64,000 bases of DNA. Source: an uncultured cyanobacterium (GTDB lineage: Bacteria > Cyanobacteriota > Cyanobacteriia > Pseudanabaenales > Pseudanabaenaceae). The translations under genes were made by a program, and so were the position numbers. Below the pieces are notes generated by a model. That model was not told the DNA's origin and searched no databases. It saw only the letters and a program-made list of their open reading frames with translations. Each line of letters starts with the position of its first letter. Position 1 is the stretch's first letter. The stretch is from positions 4,224,001 to 4,288,000 of the forward strand of contig OY969811.1 of NCBI GenBank assembly GCA_963703315.1. The letters are read 5' to 3'. Shown piece after piece: positions 61,157 to 64,000 of this stretch.

Positions 61157-61513
61157 ATGGTTATGAGTACTCCAGTTTTAGAAGCAGATCTAACTGTTAG
61201 CTCGGTAGTAAAATCAGCAGTAAATGTGTTTATAAAAAGTGAGGCTAATGGCAAGGTTAGTGCTATGGTCTTGGGCTTGCCAGAGTATCGTGTAGAAAGT
61301 CGCGATCGCCAATCTGCTCTTGCTGATTTACAAAAACTAGTTACAGCGAAGCTTATAGATGCTGAAGTTGTTTCATTAGAAATCGAAATCCCTCAACCTG
61401 AAAATCCTTGGCTCCGTTTTGCAGGCATTTTTAAGGATGATCAGTCTTTTGATCGAATGCAAGAAGATATAGCTGAGTATCGTCGCGAAAAGGATGCTGA
61501 GTTAGAGAATTAG
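61157..61513 (+). CDS. Antitoxin-like protein (HicB-like N-terminus, NPWLRFAGIFKDD tail)
   Basis: Motif typical of cyanobacterial antitoxins that precede VapC; a VapC remnant follows directly. Confidence 0.65.
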   Translation: MVMSTPVLEADLTVSSVVKSAVNVFIKSEANGKVSAMVLGLPEYRVESRDRQSALADLQKLVTAKLIDAEVVSLEIEIPQPENPWLRFAGIFKDDQSFDRMQEDIAEYRREKDAELEN

Positions 61514-61654
61514 ATACGTCAAAAGTTGCGAGTTGGAACTCAAGATTTACGCATTGCGGCGATCGCTTTGTCTGTAAATGGGATAGTCGTAACTCGCAAT
61601 CAAAAGGATTTTGGTAAAGTGCCAAATCTACAAGTAGAAAATTGGGCAGTTTAA
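61514..61654 (+). pseudogene. VapC (PIN) toxin remnant, C-terminal third only
   Basis: [46 protein letters not shown]. Confidence 0.8.
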
Positions 61655-61727
61655 CAAATAAAAATAGAAACGCGATCGCCCCAATCTTGATCTCAGAAAA
61701 AAGCGATCGCCTTTTTCTCTATTACCC

Positions 61728-61787
61728 TTAACTCTTCCCATTTACGACAATTCGGGGGAATTGCTCATCGGTGTAGAGACGTGCCAT
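61728..61787 (-). pseudogene. DUF5615 toxin remnant (19 codons)
   Basis: MARLYTDEQFPRIVVNGKS* starting immediately after the DUF433 stop. Confidence 0.65.
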
Positions 61788-61788
61788 T

Positions 61789-62115
61789 TTAAGCTGCCTC
61801 TTGCCTATGAATTGATGCTTCTATCTCATCGATGTGAGTTTCGGCGTAGCGCCATGCGTTTGCTAGGTCTGTTGCGAAGAGGGTGGGATAGTCTTCGAGG
61901 ATGTAGGCTTCGCTTGCACCTTGGCGTTGGAGGCTCACTAGTAGCCATACGGGTATGCGGGTTTGACGGATGCAAGCATCACCGCCCATGACTCTGGGAT
62001 TTTTTTCGATTCCTTGCCATGTGTTGCTGAGGCTTTGGACTAGGATTTGGATTGCTTGAGTTTTTTCTTCGGGGGTTAGGGATAGTAGTTGTGGTTGTAG
62101 TTCTTTGAGTGTCAT
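61789..62115 (-). CDS. DUF433 family antitoxin
   Basis: GIEKNPRVMGGDACIRQTRIPVWLL...YPTL...LANAWRY. Confidence 0.88.
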   Translation of the reverse strand: MTLKELQPQLLSLTPEEKTQAIQILVQSLSNTWQGIEKNPRVMGGDACIRQTRIPVWLLVSLQRQGASEAYILEDYPTLFATDLANAWRYAETHIDEIEASIHRQEAA

Positions 62116-62177
62116 GTTATGTCTCCGTTTCTATCGGTAAGTCTCGCAAGTAATAAAAGCGATCGCCCTTTCATTCC

Positions 62178-64000
62178 TCAACCATTTTCCATTTCGGCAA
62201 AATGCTCCATCAGCGATCGATGGATAAATATATAGCCGCCACCAACTTTTTGGAGAAATAGTTTGTCGCTTGCCCAATCGAGAAACTTGGCATAATTACA
62301 AGGGATACGTCCTGTGACATATAGAATTAGGCGTAATACAAAGTGTTTAATACAAGTTAAACCACCAAAGAACAACCAGAAGAATAGTCCAAACATCAAT
62401 CCAAATGTTACAGACCCTCTTAAACCAGAAATTAGAATTTCATTAATACCAATAATAAATTCACCATTATTCCTAGCGAAAAAAGTATTTACTCCAGTAA
62501 GAATCCCAAAAATCAATCCAAAAATCAGAAAGCTTATAAGACCTAAGGTCATAGCGTTATTCGCTGATTGTTGAATGCCTTGATTTGGATAAGTTTTTAA
62601 TTTGACCTCAGATCTAGTCAGACCAACAATTAAGCTACCAATTAACCCCAAGCTTATTCCTATAATTAGTCCAGAAACTAGCCAAATAGATAGCATACTG
62701 ACTAACCCCAAAAATATTCCCGAAGGTATAGCAATACTTATCCCAGCAGGTAGTGCAATAAGAAACCCAGCAATTAGTCCAAAATTCAGCGCTCTCTTAA
62801 ATTCCTTTTTGCATTTTTCCCAAGAAAACCTTACAGATTCTACAGAATTTATTTGTAAAATTAATCCGCCTGTAATTGCGACAATTAGACCACCTATAAA
62901 TCCAAAACTTAAACCTAGATTTATACCAGTATTCAAACCACTTAATAATCCAAAAGTTATTCCAATACTTAATCCAAACATCAGGCTACCAGTTAACAAA
63001 GTTCCAATTTGGTAGAAGATAATTTTTTCTTTGTTCAGCCAATATGGTTGAGTTTTTTCAATCAGAAAAATAGTTTGAGAATACCAAATTATGTGCTTTG
63101 CAATCCAGACAAGCCAACGTGTTGCATCTTGTCGAGAATAATGATAATTCTCTTGAGATTTATAACTTGGATGATATGCTCTTAGCCTTGAGCCTTGAAA
63201 TATACGGTCAACATAGTCATCAAATAATTGTTTCTTGCAATTTGAAGCAATTGTACTTACAGGAATATCTGCAACTTCAATTCCCTGATAAGCAAACACC
63301 ATGATATTGAGTAACAAAGGAGATTGAGATAGCTCTTGCAGTGACTCATCCTCAATTAGCAATGTTTTTAATACAATCAGATTTGACTGAAGGCTATCCA
63401 GATAAGCTTGAATTTGCTCGGTAGTGAGAGGTTGCAGCGCAAGAGCAGATTGCAGTTTTAAGCGATCGCCTAACTCCTCATAATCCTTCATACGACAACA
63501 CACCACCATCTCTGTTGCTTGCTCCTGCTGAAAAGCATTCAACGCCGTCACGCAAGCATTGCGCTTTTCCAAATCCCGAATTTCATCCAAACCATCCAAC
63601 AACAGCAACAATTCCTGCTTCTCCACCCACTGCTGCCCAATCTTCCGAGGTACATCATACTTGCTACTCAGTTCCTCCACAATCCATTTCGCAATAGCCT
63701 GTTTTTCCGTCGCCCAAGAAGAAAGATTTAATACCACAGGAATACGACGATCTATCTCCGCTTCCGCACGAGCAATCAGATCTCTCGCTAATTGCAGCAA
63801 AGTAATCGTTTTCCCCGACCCTGGTTCTCCCAAAATTAGCAGCGTTCCACCTTCTCCCAACTTATCGAAGACATCAATTACAGGTGTACCTGTGGGCAAA
63901 GGTTGACAGGACTTGTCTGGATTAATGATATCCATATTCCAAGGAGAAGCAACCGCACTAGGAAGATTCTCTAATCCGAGAACAATGGGAATCTGCTCAT
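62178..64000 (-). CDS. NACHT NTPase with C-terminal multi-TM region (5' partial; frame open to window edge)
   Basis: LLILGEPGSGKT, LLLDGLDE, SPLLL, Gly/hydrophobic TM repeats, FLQKVGGGYIFIHRSLMEHFA. Confidence 0.88.
   Translation of the reverse strand, partial: EQIPIVLGLENLPSAVASPWNMDIINPDKSCQPLPTGTPVIDVFDKLGEGGTLLILGEPGSGKTITLLQLARDLIARAEAEIDRRIPVVLNLSSWATEKQAIAKWIVEELSSKYDVPRKIGQQWVEKQELLLLLDGLDEIRDLEKRNACVTALNAFQQEQATEMVVCCRMKDYEELGDRLKLQSALALQPLTTEQIQAYLDSLQSNLIVLKTLLIEDESLQELSQSPLLLNIMVFAYQGIEVADIPVSTIASNCKKQLFDDYVDRIFQGSRLRAYHPSYKSQENYHYSRQDATRWLVWIAKHIIWYSQTIFLIEKTQPYWLNKEKIIFYQIGTLLTGSLMFGLSIGITFGLLSGLNTGINLGLSFGFIGGLIVAITGGLILQINSVESVRFSWEKCKKEFKRALNFGLIAGFLIALPAGISIAIPSGIFLGLVSMLSIWLVSGLIIGISLGLIGSLIVGLTRSEVKLKTYPNQGIQQSANNAMTLGLISFLIFGLIFGILTGVNTFFARNNGEFIIGINEILISGLRGSVTFGLMFGLFFWLFFGGLTCIKHFVLRLILYVTGRIPCNYAKFLDWASDKLFLQKVGGGYIFIHRSLMEHFAEMENG

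Overview
Cyanobacterial chromosomal DNA. The HIP1 octamer GCGATCGC is very frequent, and the gene content and repeat style suggest a Pseudanabaena-like filamentous strain (inference). The housekeeping backbone is pilO-pilQ, alr, rca, psbB-psbT, glnB, a P-type ATPase, mutL, recQ, desB, clpS, tRNA-Tyr and tRNA-Thr, argS, a hybrid kinase, lpxA, tyrS, pipY, sepF-proC and purM. Small accessory or conflict modules interrupt it. The most striking observation is at 47962-51728: a NACHT + HEAT-repeat (NLR-like) protein with no N-terminal effector ends in a 28-aa G/N/Q/V-rich motif, and that motif recurs (16/28 identical) at the extreme N-terminus of the small helical protein encoded 32 nt downstream. 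This resembles amyloid-motif NLR signalling, but with the motif polarity inverted. Other accessory modules are an AT-rich TIGR04255 three-gene cassette with an ART-like last gene, a frameshifted PARIS-like ATPase + DUF4435 pair near the tRNAs, a Met-repeat lipoprotein + cytochrome b + Mo-oxidoreductase operon, tandem DUF29 genes with divergent cores, and several toxin-antitoxin modules, some with deleted toxins. There are also att-like scars at the tRNAs and nested MITE/REP-like repeats. All family assignments come from recognising motifs by eye; no database searches were run.
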